Positions 34,659 to 42,515 of a stretch of DNA of 48,256 bases are shown here, piece after piece. Positions within the stretch are counted from its first letter, which is position 1. Every line of letters begins with the position of its first letter. The notes under the pieces were generated by a model. It was not told the origin of the DNA, made no database searches, and was given only the letters and a program-made list of their open reading frames with translations. A program made the position numbers and the translations under genes. Source of the stretch: a virus (lineage: Duplodnaviria; Heunggongvirae; Uroviricota; Caudoviricetes). The stretch lies in the IMG/VR virus record IMGVR_UViG_3300027833_000012, positions 1-48,256 of that record. One strand, written 5' to 3'.

Positions 34659-34805
34659 TTATTTTATTCTTATTGTAATATAATAAACTTTATCAACAAA
34701 ATCATGTTCCCATCTAACTATGTTAACCCTTTTTTCCCATTCCTTGGTCCTAAATTTAGATTCTGACCAATTCTCTTCTTTTACAGTAAATACATGTGTT
34801 TTCAT
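34659..34805 (-). CDS. 48-aa hypothetical protein within the tRNA array (not in ORF track)
   Basis: Manual translation MKTHVFTVKEENWSESKFRTKEWEKRVNIVRWEHDFVDKVYYITIRIK exactly fills the spacer. Confidence 0.55.
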   Translation of the reverse strand: MKTHVFTVKEENWSESKFRTKEWEKRVNIVRWEHDFVDKVYYITIRIK

Positions 34806-34825
34806 TTCAAATTATTATATATTAG

Positions 34826-34901
34826 TACCCGAAGTGGGAATCGAACCCACGAAACGACAGAGTTTAAGTCTGTTGTGCATTCCAACGTGCACCATTCGGG
34901 C
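34826..34901 (-). tRNA. tRNA-Leu(TAA), short variable region
   Basis: ACAGA-CTTAAAC-TCTGT arm; identical to 35067..35142. Confidence 0.85.
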
Positions 34902-34906
34902 AATTG

Positions 34907-34977
34907 TAGCTTCAGATGGAATCGAACCATCGCCCCTTGCATGTAAAACAAGTACGCTCCCATTACGCCATGAAGCC
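34907..34977 (-). tRNA. tRNA-Val(TAC)
   Basis: CTTGT-TTTACAT-GCAAG arm. Confidence 0.88.
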
Positions 34978-34983
34978 AATTAG

Positions 34984-35057
34984 TACCCCTACCTGGAATC
35001 GAACCAGGGACTTATTGCTTGTAAAACAATCGCTCTGAACCACTGAGCTATAGAGGT
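34984..35057 (-). tRNA. tRNA-Val(TAC)
   Basis: ATTGT-TTTACAA-GCAAT arm. Confidence 0.88.
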
Positions 35058-35066
35058 TTATATTAG

Positions 35067-35142
35067 TACCCGAAGTGGGAATCGAACCCACGAAACGACA
35101 GAGTTTAAGTCTGTTGTGCATTCCAACGTGCACCATTCGGGC
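35067..35142 (-). tRNA. tRNA-Leu(TAA), short variable region
   Basis: Identical copy of 34826..34901. Confidence 0.85.
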
Positions 35143-35148
35143 AATTAA

Positions 35149-35409
35149 TTAAATGGTTTCCCACCTAATCATATCATCTGAGTTATCACCATCAAGAGCT
35201 TTTATCGCCTTTCTAATGTATCTCATAAAGATAGATGCTTTATCTTCTAATTCAAAGGTAGCATTACCTACTTCATTGTTATCTGTAACGTCAATAGGGA
35301 AGGTGTAAAGCGTCTTATCTACTAATACGGTATAATATAACCTACCATTCTTACAATAAGCTAATTTAGCTTTATTTCCCTTTACAATTTCAATCATTTT
35401 ATGTTTCAT
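35149..35409 (-). CDS. hypothetical protein within the attenuated tRNA array
   Basis: 86-aa ORF (YTFPIDV...GNATFELEDKASIFMRYIRKAI). Confidence 0.72.
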   Translation of the reverse strand: MKHKMIEIVKGNKAKLAYCKNGRLYYTVLVDKTLYTFPIDVTDNNEVGNATFELEDKASIFMRYIRKAIKALDGDNSDDMIRWETI

Positions 35410-35428
35410 AACTTATAATTTATATTAG

Positions 35429-35501
35429 AGTCCCTAATCAGATTCGAACTGATACCTTACGGGTTGCAACCGCACGCCTTTGCCATTTTGACTATAGGGA
35501 C
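35429..35501 (-). tRNA. tRNA-Cys(GCA)
   Basis: TGCGG-TTGCAAC-CCGTA arm, U73. Confidence 0.88.
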
Positions 35502-35535
35502 AAAAAAAAGTCCGATACTTTTATGTATCGGACTT
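35502..35535 (-). terminator. attenuator terminator of tRNA operon 3
   Basis: AAGTCCGATAC...GTATCGGACTT plus T8 abutting tRNA-Cys; leader segment CTATCGGGTT (35579-35588) can pair with its 5' arm. Confidence 0.88.
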
Positions 35536-35564
35536 ACTATATTATTTAAATGAAATCAACTCAC

Positions 35565-35648
35565 TCAATTAACAGCATAACCCGATAGGTCTACTAAGAC
35601 TAGTAAACATAAACAAAGGACTGATAATATGTTGTTAATTATATTCAT
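35565..35648 (-). CDS. leader peptide 3, MNIINNILSVLCLCLLVLVDLSGYAVN (27 aa)
   Basis: Lies between promoter 35699 and terminator 35502; codons 8-21 are 12/14 L/V/C, the tRNA species found downstream. Confidence 0.88.
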   Translation of the reverse strand: MNIINNILSVLCLCLLVLVDLSGYAVN

Positions 35649-35698
35649 TTTTAATTTAAATTTTGTGGCACTTTTTGTACCGTTATTAATATATATGA

Positions 35699-35706
35699 CA
35701 AAGATA
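35699..35706 (-). promoter_or_regulatory. TATCTTTG promoter of tRNA operon 3
   Basis: Near-identical context to the promoter at 21112. Confidence 0.82.
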
Positions 35707-35747
35707 CTAAAAGTTATTCAATTTGTCAAGTTTTTTTTTAATTTATT

Positions 35748-37340
35748 TTATAAATCTTCAGTATACCCGTTATAATCTTGTCTTTTAAAATCTGATTCTG
35801 GAAATACCATGTTTTTAATTTTAGTTAAAATGTTAGCAGTCTTCTTATCCATATTTAAATTTAATCTAACTTCTTCACTTTCATTATGGAGACCTCTAGT
35901 CAATAATTTAATCACTTGGTAAAGCTCATCATCTTTAAAATTAGATGAGTTATTAGCGTTACCTTTAGATATGTGTAGTTTATTAAAAATCTTAGCGTTA
36001 TTAGGGTTTTCCAATGCATCTTTAAGACTTTGTTTATCAATACTGTAATCGTTAGTTTTAATACCCATTTTCCTATAAGTGTCAACATATAAAGAATGAC
36101 TAAACTTTAAATTACCTTCAAAATCATTTTTAACCTTTTTTAATAATTGTTCTGAAATTACATTTGTGTCAAATATGATATTTAATTCGTTATTATAATA
36201 TTTAAAATTACTTATTGTCATATCCATACCGCTTAATGTTAAAGTTTTACCTTTAAACATACGTAAAGCGTCATCCATTAGGTTCACACCTCTACTTTCC
36301 CTATCTTTTTGCATTTTATCAGCAGCTCTTCTATATCTCTGAATTAATTCAGTGGCTATTTTTTTAACTTCTTGAGGTGTTGGTTCTGGAGGTAATTCCT
36401 CTATTATCTCTTGTTCAATCTGTTCTGGTTCAATCTGTTCTTGTTCTGGAGAATCTTTTAATTTATCCGCTATCTTCTGTGCGAATTTACCGATTAAATC
36501 CTTAATACCTTCATTAAGTACTACCTTATTTTCGCTAGTAAGAGTATTCTCATATACTCTTTCTCTCTCACCTTCTGGTTTTTTTGAATTTTTAATAGCC
36601 CATTGTAACCTATCTCTAAAACCTTTATCAATTATTACACTATCATCATTAATCTCTGGGTCAATAGTATTAAATAATTTATCTAAAAATTTCTTATCTT
36701 TTAACCTACCAACAGTTACATATTCATGTTTTTTACCATTATGATGTTGATAGACTTTATGAGTTATTATGTCAACAAATATACTTTCTGTTTTATCATT
36801 ATTTGCATTCTCTCCATCTCTTATTAAAAAATTTAATGTAAATCCAGGATTATTATGTGAGTTACCATAATAGGCGTGCACAAATTTATATGGTATATGT
36901 ATATCCTTTAATACATCCTTTACTGTTGGTAAGAAATAAATTTCAGTTCCTTTAAATTTCCTTAAACCATGATTTATTAATTCATTAGCTTTATCTTCAC
37001 CATAATCACTAATGTCACTAGGTGTATTAAGTGCTATCATTGCAGCTCTGCTATATTTTTGGAAATAATTATTTGCTATTTTTTTAACTTCTTGAGGAGT
37101 TGGTTCTGGAGGTAATTCCTCTATTATCTCTTGTTCAATTTGTTCTGGTTCAATCTGTTCTGCTTCTGGAGAATCTTTTAATTTATCCGCTATCTTCTGT
37201 GCGAATTTACCAATTAAATCCTTAATTCCCTCATTAAGTACCACCTTATTTTCATTAGTAAGACTACCCTTATTTAAGTGTCTTTGTTCAGCTAATAAAT
37301 TAGCCTTAAGCATGTTTAATTTTTTATCTTTTCTTCTCAT
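35748..37340 (-). CDS. putative virion internal protein with a duplicated ~63-aa header module
   Basis: MRRKDKKLNMLKANLLAEQ start; LTxENKVVLNEGIKDLIG...PPEPTPQEVKKIA occurs twice. Confidence 0.7.
   Translation of the reverse strand: MRRKDKKLNMLKANLLAEQRHLNKGSLTNENKVVLNEGIKDLIGKFAQKIADKLKDSPEAEQIEPEQIEQEIIEELPPEPTPQEVKKIANNYFQKYSRAAMIALNTPSDISDYGEDKANELINHGLRKFKGTEIYFLPTVKDVLKDIHIPYKFVHAYYGNSHNNPGFTLNFLIRDGENANNDKTESIFVDIITHKVYQHHNGKKHEYVTVGRLKDKKFLDKLFNTIDPEINDDSVIIDKGFRDRLQWAIKNSKKPEGERERVYENTLTSENKVVLNEGIKDLIGKFAQKIADKLKDSPEQEQIEPEQIEQEIIEELPPEPTPQEVKKIATELIQRYRRAADKMQKDRESRGVNLMDDALRMFKGKTLTLSGMDMTISNFKYYNNELNIIFDTNVISEQLLKKVKNDFEGNLKFSHSLYVDTYRKMGIKTNDYSIDKQSLKDALENPNNAKIFNKLHISKGNANNSSNFKDDELYQVIKLLTRGLHNESEEVRLNLNMDKKTANILTKIKNMVFPESDFKRQDYNGYTEDL
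36355..37263. repeat. ~190-bp direct repeat (about 36355-36543 and 37075-37263)
   Basis: Near-identical nucleotide blocks 720 nt apart. Confidence 0.9.
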
Positions 37341-37348
37341 ATTTATTT

Positions 37349-38356
37349 TTATTTATATGGGTATTTACCCATCCATTTATTAACTACCTCTGGATTAAAT
37401 TTTTTAATGTTATGTACATATTTAAAGTCAAAATCATAATACCTAATATCTTCTTTATTTAAGTCTGACATAACCTTAACTTCGGGACCGTTGAAATCTA
37501 TCCTTAAATCACCATTTAAGTTGTCTAACTCGATTAAGTTGTACTTATTTTTTAAGTAATCACTAACACCAGACATCATAAGGTTAACATAGTTAAATAA
37601 ACCTTTAAGTCTATGTTGTAAGTTACCTAAAGCATTAAATATAAAATCAACGTCGTTGAAGTCAATTTCTTCTTCATCATAATATTCTAATAATTCATTC
37701 TTATCTAATTTCATAACATTATCCTTAACCAACTTGATTAATTCATTAGATAAGGTTTCAAAGTAAAATTCAGATATATAATATGACGTTTCATTAGGGT
37801 CTACATTTAACTTCCCATCAATCATTTCATCATATAAGTAAAAGTCAATTATACTACTAATATCTTCATCGAATAAATTTGTTAGTTCACTATAACCCTT
37901 ATTAGTTTTAATGTTGAATGTTTTATTTAAACCATCACTTTCATCTTCAGAATCAGACTTACTTATTATTAATACTGGTGATTTTTCAGCACCTAACTTA
38001 TTAGCTGCAAACATTCTGTGTCTACCTTCTTGAGTTTTATCTATATAATTTAAATAGCCCATATTATAAGTAACACCATTTTGCATGTTATTCATAATCT
38101 TTTTTACGTTTGGTGGATAAAGGATGTTTAGTTGTTCATCATATGAAGTTCCTTGCATTTTTGCTACTTCATTTAAGTATTCCTTAGATGTCATATATTT
38201 AACCTCAGCTTTATAATCACTATACTTTCCTGGTAATTTATCATAATTACCTAACATTAATTCTTTATAATCGGGAATATCAATATCAGCCTTTATAAAT
38301 TTATTACTTTGTTCTAATAAATTTTCCCTTAATTTTATTTTAATGAATCCTTTCAT
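37349..38356 (-). CDS. protein with LRE/LLE N-terminus and ParB/Srx-like N-terminal domain
   Basis: MKGFIKIKLRENLLEQ; MGYLNY..TQEGRHRMFAANKLG. Confidence 0.5.
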   Translation of the reverse strand: MKGFIKIKLRENLLEQSNKFIKADIDIPDYKELMLGNYDKLPGKYSDYKAEVKYMTSKEYLNEVAKMQGTSYDEQLNILYPPNVKKIMNNMQNGVTYNMGYLNYIDKTQEGRHRMFAANKLGAEKSPVLIISKSDSEDESDGLNKTFNIKTNKGYSELTNLFDEDISSIIDFYLYDEMIDGKLNVDPNETSYYISEFYFETLSNELIKLVKDNVMKLDKNELLEYYDEEEIDFNDVDFIFNALGNLQHRLKGLFNYVNLMMSGVSDYLKNKYNLIELDNLNGDLRIDFNGPEVKVMSDLNKEDIRYYDFDFKYVHNIKKFNPEVVNKWMGKYPYK

Positions 38357-38357
38357 A

Positions 38358-39401
38358 TTAAAATAATTCTAATTGTCCGTTACGAAATACTGGGGATTTA
38401 ACATAGAAGAACCATTTACCATCTTCAGTAGCCACAAAGTAAACTTCACTAGCTGATATTATTTCCCTCTTATCATTATCACCAATTAAATAAAACCATG
38501 GTGCTTCATCAAATGGGTTATATTGTACTTGTGACATACCACTTGTATTACCACTATCTGTTGCGACTACTGTACCTGAAACACCAGCAATTAATTGTCT
38601 AGTACCAGCGTTACCATCGTCTTCTTTAGATTTTTTAATTCTATTAGCACCACTTTCAGAAGTTTGGAATACTATGTTACCTTTTAATCTAACTTCATTT
38701 GTATACATGTTAGCTAAATTACCCTTCTTACCACTACTATTAGTTGTATAAATACCAACCATACCATTCTTACCTTGATTTCGATGTGTCCTATTGGTGT
38801 GGAACCATAAGTTTTGACCAATTAAATCTTCAGTGTCCACATATTTATCAAGTGGTTTTAACTTTTCGTAATACATTTCTCTTAGTAGGGTTTTAACAAT
38901 GTTTTTAGTACTTTCTTTCATAGTATCATTTCCACATTTATGACATATATATTTATCGTGTGGTTCTGTTTCAGATTCTTTCCAAGACCAACCACAATCA
39001 TAACAGTTTATCTTTTTATCTTTCTTACCAACACTCTCATTTTGAGGTTGATATAATACAAAATTAGCATTAGGAAAAAGAACTATCTCACCTGTACCAT
39101 ATTTTTTTGTTCTAGTGACTATTGAATCATAACCCTTAGACATTAATTTCTTAGTTAAGGATTTACCCTTTGCTTTATATTTTTTTGCTAAGTCTCTCTT
39201 ATAATCTATAACATCTTCATACCCATCTAAATCTATAATTAAGGGTTTATTAAGGTTAGCTTTACCACTAACCCATCCAGGAAGTTCTATAGTACCTGGT
39301 GTTTTTTCTAAAACATAAGTTCCATGGGGTTCAACATCTTGACCATAAGTTGAACCGTGGTAAGAAGCTGATTCCATATTTTTTATTATGTCTAATTCCA
39401 T
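38358..39401 (-). CDS. multidomain protein: ART-like N-terminal domain, zinc ribbon, LLRE linker, unknown C-terminal domain
   Basis: YHGS...GTYV...KGYDSIV...GEIVLF; CYDCGWSW...CHKCG; KTLLREM. Confidence 0.5.
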   Translation of the reverse strand: MELDIIKNMESASYHGSTYGQDVEPHGTYVLEKTPGTIELPGWVSGKANLNKPLIIDLDGYEDVIDYKRDLAKKYKAKGKSLTKKLMSKGYDSIVTRTKKYGTGEIVLFPNANFVLYQPQNESVGKKDKKINCYDCGWSWKESETEPHDKYICHKCGNDTMKESTKNIVKTLLREMYYEKLKPLDKYVDTEDLIGQNLWFHTNRTHRNQGKNGMVGIYTTNSSGKKGNLANMYTNEVRLKGNIVFQTSESGANRIKKSKEDDGNAGTRQLIAGVSGTVVATDSGNTSGMSQVQYNPFDEAPWFYLIGDNDKREIISASEVYFVATEDGKWFFYVKSPVFRNGQLELF

Positions 39402-39553
39402 AGTATTATAACTTTAATAATAAATATAAGTTATTGGTTAAAAAGTAAGGTTTAACTTAATTCTTTTAACCTTTCTAACTACAAATATATGGTTTTTTTA
39501 TTTTATAATCAAATAATAATTGACTTATTTATTTATTTAAAGTATATTTAGAT

Positions 39554-39874
39554 ATGGGTATAGTTTATTTATTAAGGGTGGATAATGGTGATGAATTTTT
39601 ATATAAGATTGGTATTACTAAGTATACAGCTGAAAAAAGAATTAAGGGTGGTTTACAAACGGGTAATGGTAATGAAATTACGGTTATTAATACATTTGAG
39701 ACAAAGTATAATAATAAGATTGAAAACTCATTACATAGAATGTTCGGAACCAATAGAAAGAAGGGTGAGTGGTTTAATTTGGATATTGAAACCGTTAAAG
39801 GTTTTATAGATAAATGTCAGACACTACACGATAATTTTATTTATTTAGAGAAAATGAAGAATCCCTTTATTTAA
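39554..39874 (+). CDS. GIY-YIG nuclease (T5orf172/MUG113-like); the only convincing plus-strand gene
   Basis: IVYLL...YKIGIT...RIKGGLQTGNG...IENSLHRMF...GEWF. Confidence 0.85.
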   Translation: MGIVYLLRVDNGDEFLYKIGITKYTAEKRIKGGLQTGNGNEITVINTFETKYNNKIENSLHRMFGTNRKKGEWFNLDIETVKGFIDKCQTLHDNFIYLEKMKNPFI

Positions 39875-40868
39875 GGGATTCTTCATTCAATAGTTTAAAT
39901 GTTTTAAATAATAAGCGTCTAGGTCTTGATATAATGTATTCATCATATTCATACCCTAAGAATTCAATATGTTCTTTAAATTTCTTAATACATTCACCTA
40001 ACAACTTACCACTAATACCAAATTCTTTAATAATCATCTTACCGTTAAACTTAGTACTTACAAATTGTTTTTTAGTCATTTTATAATTTATTTCAGAAGT
40101 ATGTAAATCAATATCACACTCTGGAAATTTATCTTTAATAACTGAAATATTATTACTCTTTAAATTACTAACATATGATTTATCATAATCTTCATGTGGT
40201 ACTCCACTAATATAAGTAAGGAAGCCCATATAAGATTGTCTTCTAACGTCACGACCTCTATTAACCTTAGTTAAATTCTCAATCTGAAATATCCAAGGTG
40301 TGTAATACTTTGAAGTCATTACATAATCATATATATCTTCTATAGTTTGAAATCCCTTAGTAAATCTATCATAATCATACCCTAAGAATTCAAATATCTT
40401 TCTGAAATCCTTAGACACCATAATTTTAAATTTATTATTGGAATCATAAATATGATTTATCCATAAACCTTCCATACCATACTTAAAACCAATAGATTGA
40501 GCTATCTTACCGAAGTAATTACCAAATCCATAATCATAGTAATGACAGTAACTTTCAAAATCTTCTTCTTTACATGTAATTAAATCTATCTGAGTTGAAT
40601 CATAATCAAATGAATGACAATTACCATTATGAAATATCTCACCTGGTTTAAATACTCTATTTATGTATTCATCAATATTAAAATTTGTATCTGTAACTAC
40701 ACAAATTATGTCAATATCACCATGACTCTCTTTATTCTTGTAATTTTTAACTACCCTTAAGTTTGTGAAATCAGAAAACATTATTGTAACTAATTCCTTA
40801 CATAGTTTTAGGTACTTTTCATTACTACACCTCTCTGTATGTACTATTTTTAACGCTTTCCCTCCCAT
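39867..40868 (-). CDS. Pol-beta superfamily nucleotidyltransferase
   Basis: KESHGDIDII (G-D-x-D) and later TQIDLI third aspartate. Confidence 0.7.
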   Translation of the reverse strand: MGGKALKIVHTERCSNEKYLKLCKELVTIMFSDFTNLRVVKNYKNKESHGDIDIICVVTDTNFNIDEYINRVFKPGEIFHNGNCHSFDYDSTQIDLITCKEEDFESYCHYYDYGFGNYFGKIAQSIGFKYGMEGLWINHIYDSNNKFKIMVSKDFRKIFEFLGYDYDRFTKGFQTIEDIYDYVMTSKYYTPWIFQIENLTKVNRGRDVRRQSYMGFLTYISGVPHEDYDKSYVSNLKSNNISVIKDKFPECDIDLHTSEINYKMTKKQFVSTKFNGKMIIKEFGISGKLLGECIKKFKEHIEFLGYEYDEYIISRPRRLLFKTFKLLNEESLK

Positions 40869-40869
40869 T

Positions 40870-41160
40870 TTATTTATCTTTATTTATAAAAACTTTATAT
40901 ACTATAACATCTTGATTACGAATACTTAATAAATATTCTCTAGTTATTGGACATCTATTAATCATTAACTCATTTTTAAATTCTTCTGAATTAGGGTCTA
41001 TTTTTGTTAATTCAAACATATCATGTAATTGTTCTAAGTTTGAATTTCTAATCATATTTATAAGCATTTCTTTATATATGTATTCATCACCTAGAGCCAT
41101 ACTATCCTTAATAAGTTTTAAATACTCATTAGTAATTTTATGTTCACTTCTATGTTCCAT
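40870..41160 (-). CDS. hypothetical protein
   Basis: 96-aa ORF. Confidence 0.6.
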   Translation of the reverse strand: MEHRSEHKITNEYLKLIKDSMALGDEYIYKEMLINMIRNSNLEQLHDMFELTKIDPNSEEFKNELMINRCPITREYLLSIRNQDVIVYKVFINKDK

Positions 41161-41161
41161 T

Positions 41162-42451
41162 TTAATTCTGTATTTCGATTAAGTATGCAATTGTACACTG
41201 CTTACCGTTATATATTATAAATTCATCATTTCTTAAATCAACACCACCATGTGCATATACACTATCATAACCTTCATTATCCATAACCTTTTTAGATAAC
41301 TTATAACAAGAACTATCATGAGTCTTAATGTGTTTTTGGTTACCAACATGTACATCAAATAAAGCTAAATAACCCTTATTCGAACCACCATTAGTCCAAT
41401 AAGAACCCCTAAGTGAACTATAACCTATCGATTTTTGAGCCTTATTAGCAAAATAAATACCATCACCAAACATACTACCAGTATGTATAGCACCAGAAGG
41501 TCTAATCATAAGTCCAGTTTGTATGATATTAAACCAATTTTCATTCCTGGAACCATGCCAGTAAAGTCTATTCTTTTTAACTCTAGCTTTATTAAAGTTT
41601 TCATCAAAATCAGCTTGAGTTCTTTCATTGATACACTTAAATATTTTCTTAGCTTGTTTTTTATTCTTACCTAATAACTTATATATTAATTTAAGTCTTT
41701 CTTCATCTTCCTCCACAGAAACTTTAAGACCCATTTGTTCAAGTAGTGTTATTTCATCACCCTTATCTTCACCAATCTTGGTGTTAACACTATCTCTTTG
41801 TTGTTTAAGTAATCTTACTTGACCAGCCATAGTATCAAGAGTATCTTGTTCATTAGATAAAAAATCATTTACCTTATCAAGATTATTTTTAACATCAGAA
41901 GTGTTAATTAAATAATCTCTAACATCTTTCATTTCTCTTGGTATTATACTGTATAAGCTAATTAATAATTCATTAAGTTTATTAACATCCATACCTATCT
42001 TAACTGATTTAACAGCATCATTAAGTATGTCTTGAGCCGAATCAATTTGTTTTTGTGTTACGGTATCTTGTGTAACCTTATAATTCTTCTGTATTGCTTT
42101 ATTTGCAAAACTCATTAATTCATCAAAAAGGTTTCTAACCTTAACACAACTAATATCAGCAGTTTTACTTTTATTAGTACCTGTATTATCAGTAATCTTT
42201 TCAGATACCATGTCGGTAACATCTTTATAACCCTTACTATTACTAGTCTTATTCTTATAAATTTTATTCCACTCGTATGATTGTTTATAAACAGTAGTTA
42301 ATCTCTTACCAACTCTACCATATTCACACTTTATCTTACCATCACTTTGTTCTTCCATGATGTAAACCTTATTAGATTGACCCGTCTTACCGTTATCAAC
42401 CGAAACGTGAATAAGCTTTGCAAATTTTAAACCGTTTTCTTTAACTATCAT
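41162..42451 (-). CDS. poly(ADP-ribose) polymerase-like protein (WGR domain, helical domain, catalytic ART domain)
   Basis: EYGRVG WGR-like motif; YSIIP helical domain; WHGS...MFGDGIYFA..KSIGYS...NDEFIIY with H-Y-E triad. Confidence 0.9.
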   Translation of the reverse strand: MIVKENGLKFAKLIHVSVDNGKTGQSNKVYIMEEQSDGKIKCEYGRVGKRLTTVYKQSYEWNKIYKNKTSNSKGYKDVTDMVSEKITDNTGTNKSKTADISCVKVRNLFDELMSFANKAIQKNYKVTQDTVTQKQIDSAQDILNDAVKSVKIGMDVNKLNELLISLYSIIPREMKDVRDYLINTSDVKNNLDKVNDFLSNEQDTLDTMAGQVRLLKQQRDSVNTKIGEDKGDEITLLEQMGLKVSVEEDEERLKLIYKLLGKNKKQAKKIFKCINERTQADFDENFNKARVKKNRLYWHGSRNENWFNIIQTGLMIRPSGAIHTGSMFGDGIYFANKAQKSIGYSSLRGSYWTNGGSNKGYLALFDVHVGNQKHIKTHDSSCYKLSKKVMDNEGYDSVYAHGGVDLRNDEFIIYNGKQCTIAYLIEIQN

Positions 42452-42515
42452 AATATTGTTTTTATTATTTAATACAAATATAAGGATAATAATTTAATAA
42501 AACAAATTATTATCC

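Noticed and set aside
18168-34983. ORFs overlapping tRNA/ncRNA arrays (18168..18371, 18592..18795, 18692..18874, 20045..20386, 20307..20543, 20580..20780, 20702..20905, 21834..22073, 31776..32027, 34720..34983)
   Set aside because: They are translations of tRNA or structured-RNA sequence.
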